This document shows positions 45,681 through 56,679 of a DNA stretch of 64,000 bases, piece by piece. The DNA comes from Candidatus Zixiibacteriota bacterium (GTDB lineage Bacteria; Zixibacteria; MSB-5A5; GN15; JAAZOE01), in assembly GCA_043819555.1 (NCBI GenBank), contig JBDREQ010000073.1, positions 160,001 through 224,000 on the forward strand, given 5' to 3'. Numbering within the stretch: the first letter of the stretch is position 1; each line of letters opens with the position of its first letter. Under the pieces are notes generated by a model. That model searched no databases. It was not told where the DNA came from and worked only from the letters and a program-made list of their open reading frames with translations. A program made the position numbers and the translations under genes.

Positions 45681-46961
45681 ATGTTCCCGAAAATTAGGCG
45701 GGGTACAATAGACTATTTTCAGGATTTAAGGCAACTGACGCCAAATGCCCGAAAATATCTTCTTGCCTCATTTTTTATTGGCATGACGTTTTCTTCGATG
45801 ATGCTCCTGCTTAATCTTTATCTAAGGGAGAGAGGGTTTGGCGAGGCCGACATCGGATCCGTATTATCATTTGGCGCCCTGGGAATGGTATGCATCTCGA
45901 TTCCAGGAGCATTCCTCATTTCGCGAGTACGACTGAAGCCAATTTTATTGATATCGACAATCCTGTATGCAATTTTTGGGATCATTACAATTTACGCCCA
46001 ACAATTGTGGGCTATACAGGCAGCCTATTTTTTGGCCGGCATTACCATGACGTTTTATCGCATCGCAGCATCGCCGTTTTTTATGCGCAATTCAAGTTCA
46101 AGGGAGCGGCCTTATTTATTTTCGCTTTCATTTGGAATCGCGGTTATTGCCGGAGTCATTGGGTCGTTTATATTTGGAGCACTGGTCGAATATTTGGTGG
46201 GGAATATTGGATATGATACGGTACAAGCCCACCGCCTCTCATTGGCGATTGGTGTTTTTATTTCCCTTTTGGCTTTGATCCCGTTTGCGATGCTCAAAAT
46301 GCCGAAGCAAATTCCAAAAGAAGACAGGTTCGAAATTTCGTTTAAAACATTTGCGCCTTACAGGGGTTTGTTTCTCAAATTATGCGCCCCATATTTCATA
46401 GTTGGTACTGGGGCTGGGATGATTATTCCATTCTTAAATATATTTTTCCGCGATCGTTTCGGTAAGGATGCGGACGAAATTGGCCTGTTTTTCGGATTAG
46501 TTCACCTTACAATGTTCATAGGCGTCATGGCCGGACCAATAATGGTGAAAAAAATTGGAATGGTTCGGACAATTGTATTTACTCAGCTATTATCCATCCC
46601 ATTTATGTTGATTCTGGCTTTCAACTATTACTTTCCCCTGGTAATTGGCGCATTTTTATTAAGGGGCGCCCTGATGAACATGGGCGGTCCGATCGGGAAT
46701 AACTTTGCTATGGAAATGGTCCCCAAATCAATGCATGCCATTATGAATGCGCTCCTGATGTTTGCCTGGACATCCTCCTGGATGGTCTCCACTAAAATCG
46801 GGGGGATGATAATTGAATCCCACGGGTATACGCTTTCACTGGTAATTGCCGTTATACTCTATGTTATTTCCTCGGTTTTGTATTTTTTCTTTTTTAGAAG
46901 CTCCGAAAAATTTAGTCTTAATGGCATAACCGTGAAATCAGACTTCAAAACGGCAGCCTGA
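45681..46961 (+). CDS. MFS transporter
   Basis: About 12 hydrophobic helices, LLNLYL...G.....IG, ER..LFS, LLRGALMNM..P. Confidence 0.88.
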   Translation: MFPKIRRGTIDYFQDLRQLTPNARKYLLASFFIGMTFSSMMLLLNLYLRERGFGEADIGSVLSFGALGMVCISIPGAFLISRVRLKPILLISTILYAIFGIITIYAQQLWAIQAAYFLAGITMTFYRIAASPFFMRNSSSRERPYLFSLSFGIAVIAGVIGSFIFGALVEYLVGNIGYDTVQAHRLSLAIGVFISLLALIPFAMLKMPKQIPKEDRFEISFKTFAPYRGLFLKLCAPYFIVGTGAGMIIPFLNIFFRDRFGKDADEIGLFFGLVHLTMFIGVMAGPIMVKKIGMVRTIVFTQLLSIPFMLILAFNYYFPLVIGAFLLRGALMNMGGPIGNNFAMEMVPKSMHAIMNALLMFAWTSSWMVSTKIGGMIIESHGYTLSLVIAVILYVISSVLYFFFFRSSEKFSLNGITVKSDFKTAA

Positions 46962-47056
46962 ATCCCGTCGAGCCCAATAATATATATGACGAAAAATGTT
47001 GCGCCTTGATTGCGGCTTATATAGATTTGGGATCGTTGGAGAATTACTGAGAAAAT

Positions 47057-48826
47057 ATGGAAAATATTTTTAAGATAAAAGCGGCCGAGCAATTGGTGGA
47101 GGCTACTCACAAGGCATTCCCGGAAAGTATCTCTTCTATTAGAGAAAATCTGAATATCAAAGATCCTGATTTGACCGTTTTTTTCGCGTCGAAATTGGAA
47201 GTCCCAAAGGATGTCAAAATGGGCGACTTTGCGTTTCCGACTTTTATACTTTCCAAAGCCCTGAAGAAAAAACCGCCGGAAATTGCAAATCAAATTTATT
47301 TGCATCTTGATAATTCCCGATTTTCTGTGGCGGGCTCATATATTAATTTCACGCTTTATCCCGAGGAAACGGTAGGTGAAATTCTACCCGATATTTATTT
47401 AGAAGGAAAAGACTATGGGAGTCAAAAAGTAGGTACGGGCAAAACCGTTGTCATTGATTTTTCGTCTCCCAATATCGCCAAACCATTCGGTGTGGGCCAC
47501 CTGCGCTCAACTGCGATCGGAAATTCCTTATATCGAATTTATAAAAAACTCGGTTATAAGGTGGTCGGTATAAATCACCTTGGCGACTGGGGTACTCAAT
47601 TTGGCAAAATGATTACTGCCTATAAAAAATGGGGTAATTCTGATGATCTGGCTAAAAACCCGATTAATCATCTTTTTGATTTATATGTGAAATTCCATAA
47701 TGAAGTCGAGCAGAATTCAAACCTTGATGAAGAAGCCCGGGAATGGTTCAAAAAACTGGAAGATGGGGATGAAGAAGCAGTAAAGCTATGGAAATTATTT
47801 ATCGAGTTGTCGCTGGATGAATTCAATCGTATTTACGAGTTACTCGGCGTGCATTTTGACCATTATACGGGTGAGTCTTTTTATAATGACAAAATGGATG
47901 CTGTTATCAATAGGCTAACTCAAGCGGGCCTGACATCCGAATCGAAAGGCGCCTTGATAGTCGATTTATCGGAACATGATCTCAATCCTTGTCTTCTCAA
48001 AAAAGGCGATGGGGCGACATTATACGCGACTCGTGATTTGGCGGGCATTTTCTATCGACATGATACTTATAAATTCGATAAAGCGCTTTATGTCGTCGGC
48101 GCTGCGCAGCAGGAACATTTTAGGCAGGTATTCAAAGTCGTGGAAATGCTTGGTGAGAGTTTTGCCAAAAATCTTGTACATGTAGAATTCGGATGGATTC
48201 GTTTCAAAGATCAGGCAATGTCCACCCGAAAAGGTAATATTATATTTCTTGACGATGTCATTAATACGGCCGTCGGGCGCGTCAAAAATATCATGATGGA
48301 GAAAAATCCTGATCTGCCCAATCTGGAGCAAATTGCAAGGCAGGTCGGAATCGGCGCCGTGATATTCGCCGACCTGGGCGTCAAGAAACATAAAGATGTA
48401 AATTTTTCATGGGAAGAAGTTTTGAATTTTGAAGGAGAAACCGGGCCGTATCTCCAGTACACACATGCCCGGTTATGCGCTTTGAAACGTAAATATGGAG
48501 AAGAAATTACCGGTGGTGTGGATTTTTCAAAATATTTATCTCTTGAAGAAAAGGCCTTGGCCCTGCATTTGTATCGTTTTGGCGAGATAATCGAAGTGGC
48601 GGCCGATAAATACGAACCCAATTTTATTGTCGAGTATCTAATAGGATTGGCGTCGGTTTTTAATCGCCTCTACCAGCGCAAAGATGAGTCGGGGAGATTA
48701 ATAAAAATCATCGATGACTTATCGCCGGATGGAACGGCTTCCCGGATGCTTTTGGTTGATTGTGTTAGAATTGTCTTAAACGAGGGATTATACTTATTGG
48801 GCATGGAAGCGCCCGAGGAGATGTAA
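47057..48826 (+). CDS. argS: arginine--tRNA ligase
   Basis: DFSSPNIAKPFGVGHLRST.IG, NHLGDWGTQFG, LYATRDLA, MSTRKG, GETGPYLQYTHAR, APEEM. Confidence 0.97.
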   Translation: MENIFKIKAAEQLVEATHKAFPESISSIRENLNIKDPDLTVFFASKLEVPKDVKMGDFAFPTFILSKALKKKPPEIANQIYLHLDNSRFSVAGSYINFTLYPEETVGEILPDIYLEGKDYGSQKVGTGKTVVIDFSSPNIAKPFGVGHLRSTAIGNSLYRIYKKLGYKVVGINHLGDWGTQFGKMITAYKKWGNSDDLAKNPINHLFDLYVKFHNEVEQNSNLDEEAREWFKKLEDGDEEAVKLWKLFIELSLDEFNRIYELLGVHFDHYTGESFYNDKMDAVINRLTQAGLTSESKGALIVDLSEHDLNPCLLKKGDGATLYATRDLAGIFYRHDTYKFDKALYVVGAAQQEHFRQVFKVVEMLGESFAKNLVHVEFGWIRFKDQAMSTRKGNIIFLDDVINTAVGRVKNIMMEKNPDLPNLEQIARQVGIGAVIFADLGVKKHKDVNFSWEEVLNFEGETGPYLQYTHARLCALKRKYGEEITGGVDFSKYLSLEEKALALHLYRFGEIIEVAADKYEPNFIVEYLIGLASVFNRLYQRKDESGRLIKIIDDLSPDGTASRMLLVDCVRIVLNEGLYLLGMEAPEEM

Positions 48827-48837
48827 ACGGATATTTT

Positions 48838-50196
48838 ATGAGCGAAATAGTTATAAAGAATGCGAAAAAACTGCAGGGTGCTATTAGTCTGCCCGGTGAC
48901 AAATCGATATCGCATCGTGCGGCGTTATTATCTCTTCTGTGCGAAAATCCTCTGTCAATAACTAATTATTCTGATGCCGCCGATTGTCAAAATACACTAA
49001 ACGCTGTCAAATCTCTGGGAGGACTCATTAGAAATGAGGGCGATTCCTTAATTTTGTCGCCTTCTCCGGAAGGGATTAAATCTCCCGAAGGACCTATCGA
49101 ATGTGGCAATTCAGGGACAACGATGCGTCTTCTGGCGGGATTATTAGCGGGCTCATCCGTAAGCGCGACTTTGATTGGCGATGATTCATTATCATCTCGC
49201 CCCATGAAAAGAATTTCCGAACCATTACGACTTATGAACGCTGAAATAGAAATATCTGATAACAATACCGCGCCGATTAAGATATCTCCGGGAATGATAA
49301 TTCCAATCGATTACACCCTTCCGGTAGCTTCGGCCCAGGTAAAATCGGCTATAATTCTAGCCGGTTTGGCTTCAAAAACCGATGTGATTATTCGTGAGAA
49401 ATCATTATCGCGGGACCATACCGAGCGGATGATTTCATTTTTGGGCGGCGATTTGCGCGTTGAGAATGTCAAAATGAAAACTATTGAGGATCCGGTTGAT
49501 CCCCGCAAAAAGAAAAAAGTCCTTGCAATCGGCGATTATAAACGATCCATTTTTCTGGGAAAGAATACACGTATTTCGGGCGGTGAAATCAATATCCCGG
49601 GTGACATTTCGACGGCGGCATTTTTTATTGCGGCCGCATTGCTAATTAAAGGAAGCCATCTGATTATCAGGAGCATTGGCGTTAACAGTGCGCGCATGGG
49701 TTTTGTAAGGATCCTCAAACAAATGGGAGCTCGGATTAATATAAAAAATCGCCGTGAACTATCGGGTGAACCGACAGGTGATATTGAAGTATTTTATAGT
49801 AAATTGAAACCGCGCAAGATTTCAGGAGAAAGTATACCAGGTCTAATTGATGAAATACCGGTTCTGGCAGTATTGGCGTCATATATTGAAGGAACCACTA
49901 TTATTCGCGATGCCGGGGAATTGCGCCATAAAGAATCCGATCGGATAAAAGCTGTATGCGATAATCTGACCGCGATGGGAGTTAAAGTGGGGGAGTTTCC
50001 GGATGGAATGGCGATTGAAGGAACAGGCGAGATGGAAGGAGCCGAAATCAATTCTTTCGGAGATCATCGGATCGCAATGGCGTTCGCCATAGCCGGTATA
50101 ACCGCCCACGGACAAACAGTAATCAAAAACAGCGATGTAGTATCTATCTCTTGTCCGAACTATTTTAATCTATTAGATGGATTACGGATTAAATGA
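48838..50196 (+). CDS. aroA: 3-phosphoshikimate 1-carboxyvinyltransferase (EPSP synthase, class II)
   Basis: PGDKSISHR, CGNSGTTMRL, GDDSLSSRPM, ASAQVKSA, SRDHTERM, LIDEIP, ELRHKESDRI, GDHRIAM. Confidence 0.96.
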   Translation: MSEIVIKNAKKLQGAISLPGDKSISHRAALLSLLCENPLSITNYSDAADCQNTLNAVKSLGGLIRNEGDSLILSPSPEGIKSPEGPIECGNSGTTMRLLAGLLAGSSVSATLIGDDSLSSRPMKRISEPLRLMNAEIEISDNNTAPIKISPGMIIPIDYTLPVASAQVKSAIILAGLASKTDVIIREKSLSRDHTERMISFLGGDLRVENVKMKTIEDPVDPRKKKKVLAIGDYKRSIFLGKNTRISGGEINIPGDISTAAFFIAAALLIKGSHLIIRSIGVNSARMGFVRILKQMGARINIKNRRELSGEPTGDIEVFYSKLKPRKISGESIPGLIDEIPVLAVLASYIEGTTIIRDAGELRHKESDRIKAVCDNLTAMGVKVGEFPDGMAIEGTGEMEGAEINSFGDHRIAMAFAIAGITAHGQTVIKNSDVVSISCPNYFNLLDGLRIK

Positions 50197-51035
50197 CGAA
50201 ATTTAATTTCGGTATCATTGGTCAGAATATCGCGTATTCTCAATCGCCGGAAATATTTAATGCGATTTTTGGATTAAGGCAGATCGAAGGCGAATTTACT
50301 GTTTATGATTTTCCTATAAGTGAGTTTGATAAGCATTTACCGGTATTGCGCAAGTTAGATGGGTTTTCGGTGACAATTCCTTTCAAAGATAGAATAATTG
50401 ATTTCATCGCGGAAATGGGCAATTCAACTCATTCAATTCAGGCGGTCAATTCGGTCAAAGTAGAAAAATCGCGATTTTTCGGATTTAATACTGATGGCAT
50501 TGGATTTATATACGGCCTGTGTAATCCGGAAATTAAATTAAAAAATGCGCTGATAATAGGTTATGGAGGAGCCGCTCGAGCTGTAATTCATGCATTAATC
50601 GGTAATTTCAAGATAAAAAACATTACAGTATGCGGCCGCAAAATTCTCGATACATGCTTGCTAAGGCAGAAATACTTTAGTCATATAGCGTCCGATATTG
50701 GTTTTTCCTATTCGGTCGCATCCCAATTAGAATATAGTGCCGAGTATGATTTAATAGTAAACTGTACGCCGTGCGGAGATAGGAATCACAGAAATGAATC
50801 TCCACTTACTGAAAATTTTGAATTTCAGGGACGCGGAATATATTATGACTTAATATATGACCCATCCGAAACAGCATTAATGTCAAAAGCGGCAAAATCG
50901 GGCTGGTATACTAAAAATGGTTATCCGATGCTGGTCAGGCAGGCGGTTGAATCGTATAAGATATGGAGTGGAGATGATATTTCCGCTGATAGATTGACTC
51001 AGGATGTAATTCAATTTCAGGAAAAGCAGGTTTAA
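50193..51035 (+). CDS. aroE: shikimate dehydrogenase
   Basis: S.SP, GFSVTIPFK, AVNSV, FNTD..GF, GYGGAARA, VNCTP, DLIY.P..T, ML..QA. Confidence 0.93.
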   Translation: MTKFNFGIIGQNIAYSQSPEIFNAIFGLRQIEGEFTVYDFPISEFDKHLPVLRKLDGFSVTIPFKDRIIDFIAEMGNSTHSIQAVNSVKVEKSRFFGFNTDGIGFIYGLCNPEIKLKNALIIGYGGAARAVIHALIGNFKIKNITVCGRKILDTCLLRQKYFSHIASDIGFSYSVASQLEYSAEYDLIVNCTPCGDRNHRNESPLTENFEFQGRGIYYDLIYDPSETALMSKAAKSGWYTKNGYPMLVRQAVESYKIWSGDDISADRLTQDVIQFQEKQV

Positions 51036-51036
51036 T

Positions 51037-51597
51037 GTGAGTACAGCTGGTAAAAAACCGGAAATAATTTTTCTTTGCGGATTTTCAGGTTCCGGAAAAA
51101 CGGAAACGGGCGAAATTCTCGCTCAAAAACTAAATTATTCATTTACTGATACGGATTCGGTAATTGAACAACAAATGGGCAAGACAATTCCAGAGATTTT
51201 TGCTCGTTCTGGCGAGGCAAAATTCAGATTTGCGGAAAACGATGTAATTCGAATGGCGACTATGCATCGGCCCCAGGTCATTACTTTGGGCGGCGGGGCC
51301 ATTCATGATAAGTATATGCTGGCCTACCTTAAATCAAACGGTTATATAATCTATTTGCGAACAACGCCCGAGACGATTTATAACCGATTACAAAAAAGTC
51401 ACATTCGTCCGATGCTGCAAGTAATTAATCGGGATGAAAAACCGGACGAAAATAAAGTAATGGACCGCATCAGACAATTACTCAATGAACGAGAAGAAAT
51501 CTATCTTAAGGCAGATAAAGTAATTGACACTGAGGATAAATCATGCGAAGAAGTCGCCCAGGAAATTAAATATATTTGGGATTGCAATGACGCGTAA
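51037..51597 (+). CDS. aroK: shikimate kinase
   Basis: GFSGSGKT, DTD..IE, GEAKFR, GGG, RP.L, R...Y..AD. Confidence 0.93.
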   Translation: MSTAGKKPEIIFLCGFSGSGKTETGEILAQKLNYSFTDTDSVIEQQMGKTIPEIFARSGEAKFRFAENDVIRMATMHRPQVITLGGGAIHDKYMLAYLKSNGYIIYLRTTPETIYNRLQKSHIRPMLQVINRDEKPDENKVMDRIRQLLNEREEIYLKADKVIDTEDKSCEEVAQEIKYIWDCNDA

Positions 51598-52693
51598 AGA
51601 CGATTTTGTCGTAAGGGCTGGGGAAATCCGCTATCCGGTATTATTTTCGCCGGCGATAAAAAGGATTGCGGCTCTTGTCAAAAATTCGGCAAAAATAATT
51701 ATTATATCCAATCCAAATGTTTTTGCATTGCATGGGAAGAAATTCATCGACAGGTTTATGCAACCCACTAAAGAATGCCACAATATAATTATCGGCGACG
51801 GCGAAAAGTACAAAACTATCCAGACCGTGAACAAATTATACGATCATTTCTTCGATATTGGACTGAGCCGTAAAGATACCATTATAGCTTTGGGCGGCGG
51901 AGTTGTGGGAGATACTGCAGGATTTGCGGCGGCTACTTTTAAGAGAGGCGTCAATCTGATCCAGGCGCCGACATCGGTGTTGGCTATGGTTGATTCTTCA
52001 ATAGGCGGTAAGGTCGGAATTAATCACTCGCTGGGAAAGAATCTAATTGGCGCTTTTTTTCAGCCCGGGGCGGTTATTGTTTTTCCGGAGTGGCTTTTGA
52101 CATTGGGGCAAAGAGAGATTATAGGGGGTTTTGCGGAAATAATCAAAACGGGTTTTCTTTCCGGTCGCACGTTTCTCAAATCTCTGGCATCATTTAAGGC
52201 ATTAGATATGATTAAGCCCGATGTCAATTTAATAAAGTTAATTAAAATATCAATGCGATTTAAAGCTTCCATCGTTGCCCGTGATGCGCATGAAAGTGAT
52301 TTGCGGCGCATTCTGAATTTTGGTCATACTTTTGGACATGCTATCGAAAAAACCGAAGGATTTAAAAGATATCGTCATGGGGAAGCAGTTCTGGCTGGTA
52401 TGATTGGAGCTCTTTATCTATCACATTCGGCAGGCCATCTTAATTTGAAAAATATGAACGAAGCGCTGGATGTGATTGAGCCATATGTTCCGCACTTAAA
52501 GCCCCTGAGAAATGACATCCCCGCTTATTTATCTCCGATGCGTGTCGATAAAAAAAATGAGAATGGAAAACATATATTTGTTCTTCTAAAGGATATCGGG
52601 CGGCCTCATATTACTGAGATAAATTCAAAAAGGAAAATTTCAGAGGCCATTAAATTTATGTGTGATTTTGTCAATCACCGATTGGAAAAATGA
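51587..52693 (+). CDS. aroB: 3-dehydroquinate synthase
   Basis: DGEKYK, ALGGGVVGD.AGF.AA.F.RG, PT..LAMVDSSIGGK.GIN, LNFGHTFGHAIE, HGEAV; ATG 51587. Confidence 0.96.
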   Translation: MTRKDDFVVRAGEIRYPVLFSPAIKRIAALVKNSAKIIIISNPNVFALHGKKFIDRFMQPTKECHNIIIGDGEKYKTIQTVNKLYDHFFDIGLSRKDTIIALGGGVVGDTAGFAAATFKRGVNLIQAPTSVLAMVDSSIGGKVGINHSLGKNLIGAFFQPGAVIVFPEWLLTLGQREIIGGFAEIIKTGFLSGRTFLKSLASFKALDMIKPDVNLIKLIKISMRFKASIVARDAHESDLRRILNFGHTFGHAIEKTEGFKRYRHGEAVLAGMIGALYLSHSAGHLNLKNMNEALDVIEPYVPHLKPLRNDIPAYLSPMRVDKKNENGKHIFVLLKDIGRPHITEINSKRKISEAIKFMCDFVNHRLEK

Positions 52694-53118
52694 AACGAAT
52701 TCTGTTTATAAACGGACCGAACTTGAATATGCTGGGAATGAGAGAACCGGAAATTTACGGAACTAAAACATTGCCTGAAATTATTGAAATGGCCCGGATG
52801 CAAGCCGCGGGGCAGGGGTGTGAAATAGAAGCATTCCAGAGCAATCATGAGGGGGCTTTGATTGATTTTATTCAGAATAAGTACCGGGATTCTGACGGCA
52901 TAATAATAAATCCCGGCGCCCTGACGCACTATAGTTATTCTCTGCGGGATTGCCTGGCCGCGACCGGCCTCCCGATAATCGAGGTTCACGTCTCCGACAT
53001 TCAGAAGCGTGAAGATTGGCGAAAGAAATCGGTTGTATCCGAAATTTGCGCCGAAGTAATAAGTGGCCGGGGAATTGGTGGTTATTTCACAGCCCTGGAA
53101 TATTTCAAAGACAAATAA
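52690..53118 (+). CDS. aroQ: type II 3-dehydroquinate dehydratase
   Basis: NGPNLNMLG.REP.IYG, QSNHEG, INPGALTHYS, EVHVS. Confidence 0.96.
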   Translation: MKRILFINGPNLNMLGMREPEIYGTKTLPEIIEMARMQAAGQGCEIEAFQSNHEGALIDFIQNKYRDSDGIIINPGALTHYSYSLRDCLAATGLPIIEVHVSDIQKREDWRKKSVVSEICAEVISGRGIGGYFTALEYFKDK

Positions 53119-53193
53119 GAAGGATTTATCAGGGCGGCTATTCGGCCTATAGAAAAAAACATCATTTCTTTCAGGTTAGATTGTGAATGAAAT

Positions 53194-53222
53194 TTGACGA
53201 ATAAAAATTAAAGACATATATT
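53194..53222 (+). promoter_or_regulatory. sigma70 promoter
   Basis: TTGACG-N17-TATATT. Confidence 0.55.
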
Positions 53223-53261
53223 GTCCGCGGAGGTTTATTAAATTACTTCCGCTTTTTTATT

Positions 53262-54623
53262 ATGGATAAACAGGAAGAAAAATATACGGAAGGTTCAATA
53301 ATCTCTTCAATCTGGCGTCTCGGGTGGCCGGCCGTAACTTCTATGCTTCTGCATACATTGATGACTTTAACGGACACCATCTGGGTCGGGCGCCTTGGTC
53401 CAACCGAAATGGCCGCCGTTCAATCGAGTATTTTTACTATCTGGACCGTGTTTTCCATGCTGATGATTATTTCTACCGGTGTTGTCGCGATTATATCCCG
53501 GGCGGTAGGAGCCGGTCAAACAGATGAAATCGGCAGGATTGGGCGACAGAGCATTTTATTCTCAATTTATGTAGCTATTGGATATAGTATCTTCGGATAT
53601 ATTATTGCCCCGCATGTATTCAATTTTATGGATACCGAAACCGCAGTCAGTCAACTTGGAATCTCTTACTTACGGATTTTCTTTATTGGCGTTCTGTTTT
53701 TCTTCATTAACGATTCCATCTCAGCCATTTTCAGGGCCATTGGAGATACGCGAGCGCCTCTATACGCAACAACAACCGCGGTATTAATCAATATCGTCCT
53801 TGACCCGATCCTGATCTTTGGCTGGCTTGGAATCCCAGCTCTGGGGACTAAAGGAGCAGCCATAGCTACTGTTGTATCTGCCTTCTGCGGAACATTGCTA
53901 TATCTGAATATGATTCGCCGCGGGCGTTTGAAATACTGCCTTAATTTCAGGTTGTTTGAAAAACTCGATTTTGGACTGGCTAAAGCTATCATTAAGATTG
54001 GAAGTCCTCCGGCCACCGCAGGGATGGTTTTTTCGGTTATTTATATCTTCCTGAATAAAATCGCGGCTCAATTCGGAACAATTTCGATCGCCGCTTTAAC
54101 CGTCGGCAATCGTATGGAATCGTTGTCATACTTGATTTGCTTTGGATTTTCAATAGCGGCGACGACGATGGTCGGACAAAACCTCGGCGCTGGTAAACCG
54201 TATCGTGCCGCCAAATCAGCCTGGATGTCGGTTGCCATCTGTGCCGGATGGACATTATTCATTTCGATTCTTTTTCTGATTTTCCCTGATTTGTTATCGA
54301 GGATTTTTACCAGTGATGAAAAGGTGATCGCAATTGCAATAAACTATCTCCGAATTTTGGCATTGTCGCAAATATTTATGGCCGCCGAAATAGTCCTTGA
54401 GGGGGCTTTTGCCGGGGCTGGGAATACGGTTCCTCCGATGGTAATTTCAATCCCGGGAACAGTAATCAGGCTTCCGATGGCATATTATCTCTGTTTTGAA
54501 ACAGGCCTGGGTATTGATGGCCTCTGGTGGACGCTGACTATCACGACCTGGATAAAGGCACTCATTATGATGTACTGGTTTTATCTCGGCCGATGGAAAA
54601 AAACGGGAATTATAAAAACATAG
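53262..54623 (+). CDS. MATE family efflux transporter
   Basis: DTIWVGRLG, FRAIGDTR.P, NIVLDPILIFG, G..GAAIAT, VGQNLGAG. Confidence 0.94.
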   Translation: MDKQEEKYTEGSIISSIWRLGWPAVTSMLLHTLMTLTDTIWVGRLGPTEMAAVQSSIFTIWTVFSMLMIISTGVVAIISRAVGAGQTDEIGRIGRQSILFSIYVAIGYSIFGYIIAPHVFNFMDTETAVSQLGISYLRIFFIGVLFFFINDSISAIFRAIGDTRAPLYATTTAVLINIVLDPILIFGWLGIPALGTKGAAIATVVSAFCGTLLYLNMIRRGRLKYCLNFRLFEKLDFGLAKAIIKIGSPPATAGMVFSVIYIFLNKIAAQFGTISIAALTVGNRMESLSYLICFGFSIAATTMVGQNLGAGKPYRAAKSAWMSVAICAGWTLFISILFLIFPDLLSRIFTSDEKVIAIAINYLRILALSQIFMAAEIVLEGAFAGAGNTVPPMVISIPGTVIRLPMAYYLCFETGLGIDGLWWTLTITTWIKALIMMYWFYLGRWKKTGIIKT

Positions 54624-54693
54624 ATGACAAACAAAGGAATTTTCTATATTTTTTGAACATTATAACTGAAGCAGGATACGAAAGGGCTCTCAA

Positions 54694-55455
54694 TTGGAAA
54701 AGTATATCAGATTTGAAAAGAATGGAAAGTCGGGGTATGGACGAATAGAGAAGGATAAAGTAATAATTCTGAGTGGCCCATATTGGCAGGGCCATATTGA
54801 AACCGAAGAATCGGTAATCCTGGATGAAATAAAACTGCTGTGCCCGGTGCAACCGACAAAAATCATGTGTGTCGGCCTTAATTATCGCAAACATGTTCAA
54901 CATTCACAGTCGGCAACGGTAGCTCCCAAGACACCGGTGCTTTTTATGAAACCACCCAGCTCGCTATTGGGACCGAGCGGCGCTATTGTTTATCCGGATA
55001 ATTGTGATCGGGTTGATTATGAGGCCGAACTCGGAGTTGTTATCGGCAGCCGTGGCCGGAAAATTCCCCCTGAAAAAGTATTTGAGCATATCTTTGGCTA
55101 TACTTGTCTAAATGACGTAACCGCTCGACACATACAAAAAGACGATGGTCAATGGACGCGGGGAAAAGGATTCGATACTTTTTGCCCGGTAGGTCCTCAT
55201 GTGGTGACGGAAATCAATCCCATGAATCTGCAGGTCGAAGCATATTTGAACGGTGAACAAAAGCAATCGGGGAACACGTCCGAAATGTTATTTCCCATCC
55301 CGGAACTAATTAGCTTTATTTCCTCGGTTATGACTCTGGAACCTGGAGATATTATCGCTACCGGAACTCCCGAGGGCATCGATCCGATGCAAATTGGGGA
55401 CGAAGTCGAGATTAGGATTGAAAAGATAGGTTCATTATTCAATAAAGTTGTATAA
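54694..55455 (+). CDS. fumarylacetoacetate hydrolase family protein
   Basis: KIMCVGLNY..H, FMKP.SS, DYEAELGVVIG, NDVTAR, GKGFDTFCPVGP, TGTPEG. Confidence 0.94.
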   Translation: MEKYIRFEKNGKSGYGRIEKDKVIILSGPYWQGHIETEESVILDEIKLLCPVQPTKIMCVGLNYRKHVQHSQSATVAPKTPVLFMKPPSSLLGPSGAIVYPDNCDRVDYEAELGVVIGSRGRKIPPEKVFEHIFGYTCLNDVTARHIQKDDGQWTRGKGFDTFCPVGPHVVTEINPMNLQVEAYLNGEQKQSGNTSEMLFPIPELISFISSVMTLEPGDIIATGTPEGIDPMQIGDEVEIRIEKIGSLFNKVV

Positions 55456-55485
55456 TTATTGAAAGAATTCTGAAGCGGAGATTAA

Positions 55486-56676
55486 ATGACAGAAAGGTTA
55501 TATTACGCCGATAGCTATCTGAAAGAATTTACCGCGTCGGTCGAATCGGTGATTAAGGTCGATGAATATTATCATGTTCTTTTGGATCGGACGGCTTTTT
55601 ATCCTACCTCCGGCGGACAGTTATTTGATACCGGCTGTCTATCAAATGAAAAAGTCATTGATGTCATTGAATCAGCTGGTGATGTGATTCATATTCTTGA
55701 AGAAAAACCTGTCTTTCAGCCCGGAGACGAAGTCAGCGGCAAAATTGATTGGGAGCGCAGGCGGGAAAATATGCAAAAACATACCGGCCAACATATACTT
55801 TCACAATCCTTTATTCAAATATGCAATGCTGTTACCGTCAGCGCTCGTCTGGGCGAGGATGACAGCACAATTGATCTCGATGTTTCTCAATTAAATAATA
55901 ATTCCATAATTGATACAGAAAATATGGCCAATCAAATTATTTTTGAGAATAGGCCAGTTTCCACAAAATATATTCCGGCCGCTGAATTACAACAATATCC
56001 ATTACGAAAGATTCCCGACCGAGGCGATGATAATTACCGCGTCATAAATATTGGTAATTTTGATTGGTCGGCATGCGGAGGAACGCACTGTGCCGCGACC
56101 GGTTCGGTTGGATTAATTAAAATAACGGGGCAGGAAAAAATCAGGGGAAAACTTCGATTTCACTTTCTTACAGGCCTAAAAGCTCTGGAAGATTATCGCT
56201 GGCGTTTTACTCAGGTTGAAGATATTTCAAATCTCTTTTCGTGTCATGGCCGCGATTCTCTCAAAATGATTGAAAATATTCTCACCGAAAATAATGATTT
56301 GAAGCGAGAGAAAATTGAAATGAGAAGAAAAATGATGCCCTCTTTAGTGGAAGAATGGATTGCCGCTGCAAAAGATATAAACGGATTAAAAGTAATAAGC
56401 GCGGACATGGCCGGAGAAGATTTTGAATTTGTCCGCAATGCGGCCCTATCCACGACAAATAATCACAAAGCAGTAGTCCTTATCGGTGTTGGAGGCAGGC
56501 TGTTGGCCGCTGTTTCAAAAAGCCTCCCGATATCGGCTTCGGATATCATGAAAAATGCGTGTCAGAAATACGGGGGCAAGGGGGGAGGAACACCGGAATT
56601 GGCCCAGGGAGGCGGCTTCACACCAGACGATCTGAAAATTTTAATTGCTCATCCGGAAAAAGTAATCGATATATAA
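55486..56676 (+). CDS. alanyl-tRNA editing protein (AlaX type with DHHA1 tail)
   Basis: TERLYY.DSY, LDRTAFYP.SGGQ..DTG, MQKHTGQHILS, CGGTH, GGKGGG....AQGG. Confidence 0.92.
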   Translation: MTERLYYADSYLKEFTASVESVIKVDEYYHVLLDRTAFYPTSGGQLFDTGCLSNEKVIDVIESAGDVIHILEEKPVFQPGDEVSGKIDWERRRENMQKHTGQHILSQSFIQICNAVTVSARLGEDDSTIDLDVSQLNNNSIIDTENMANQIIFENRPVSTKYIPAAELQQYPLRKIPDRGDDNYRVINIGNFDWSACGGTHCAATGSVGLIKITGQEKIRGKLRFHFLTGLKALEDYRWRFTQVEDISNLFSCHGRDSLKMIENILTENNDLKREKIEMRRKMMPSLVEEWIAAAKDINGLKVISADMAGEDFEFVRNAALSTTNNHKAVVLIGVGGRLLAAVSKSLPISASDIMKNACQKYGGKGGGTPELAQGGGFTPDDLKILIAHPEKVIDI

Positions 56677-56679
56677 CCG

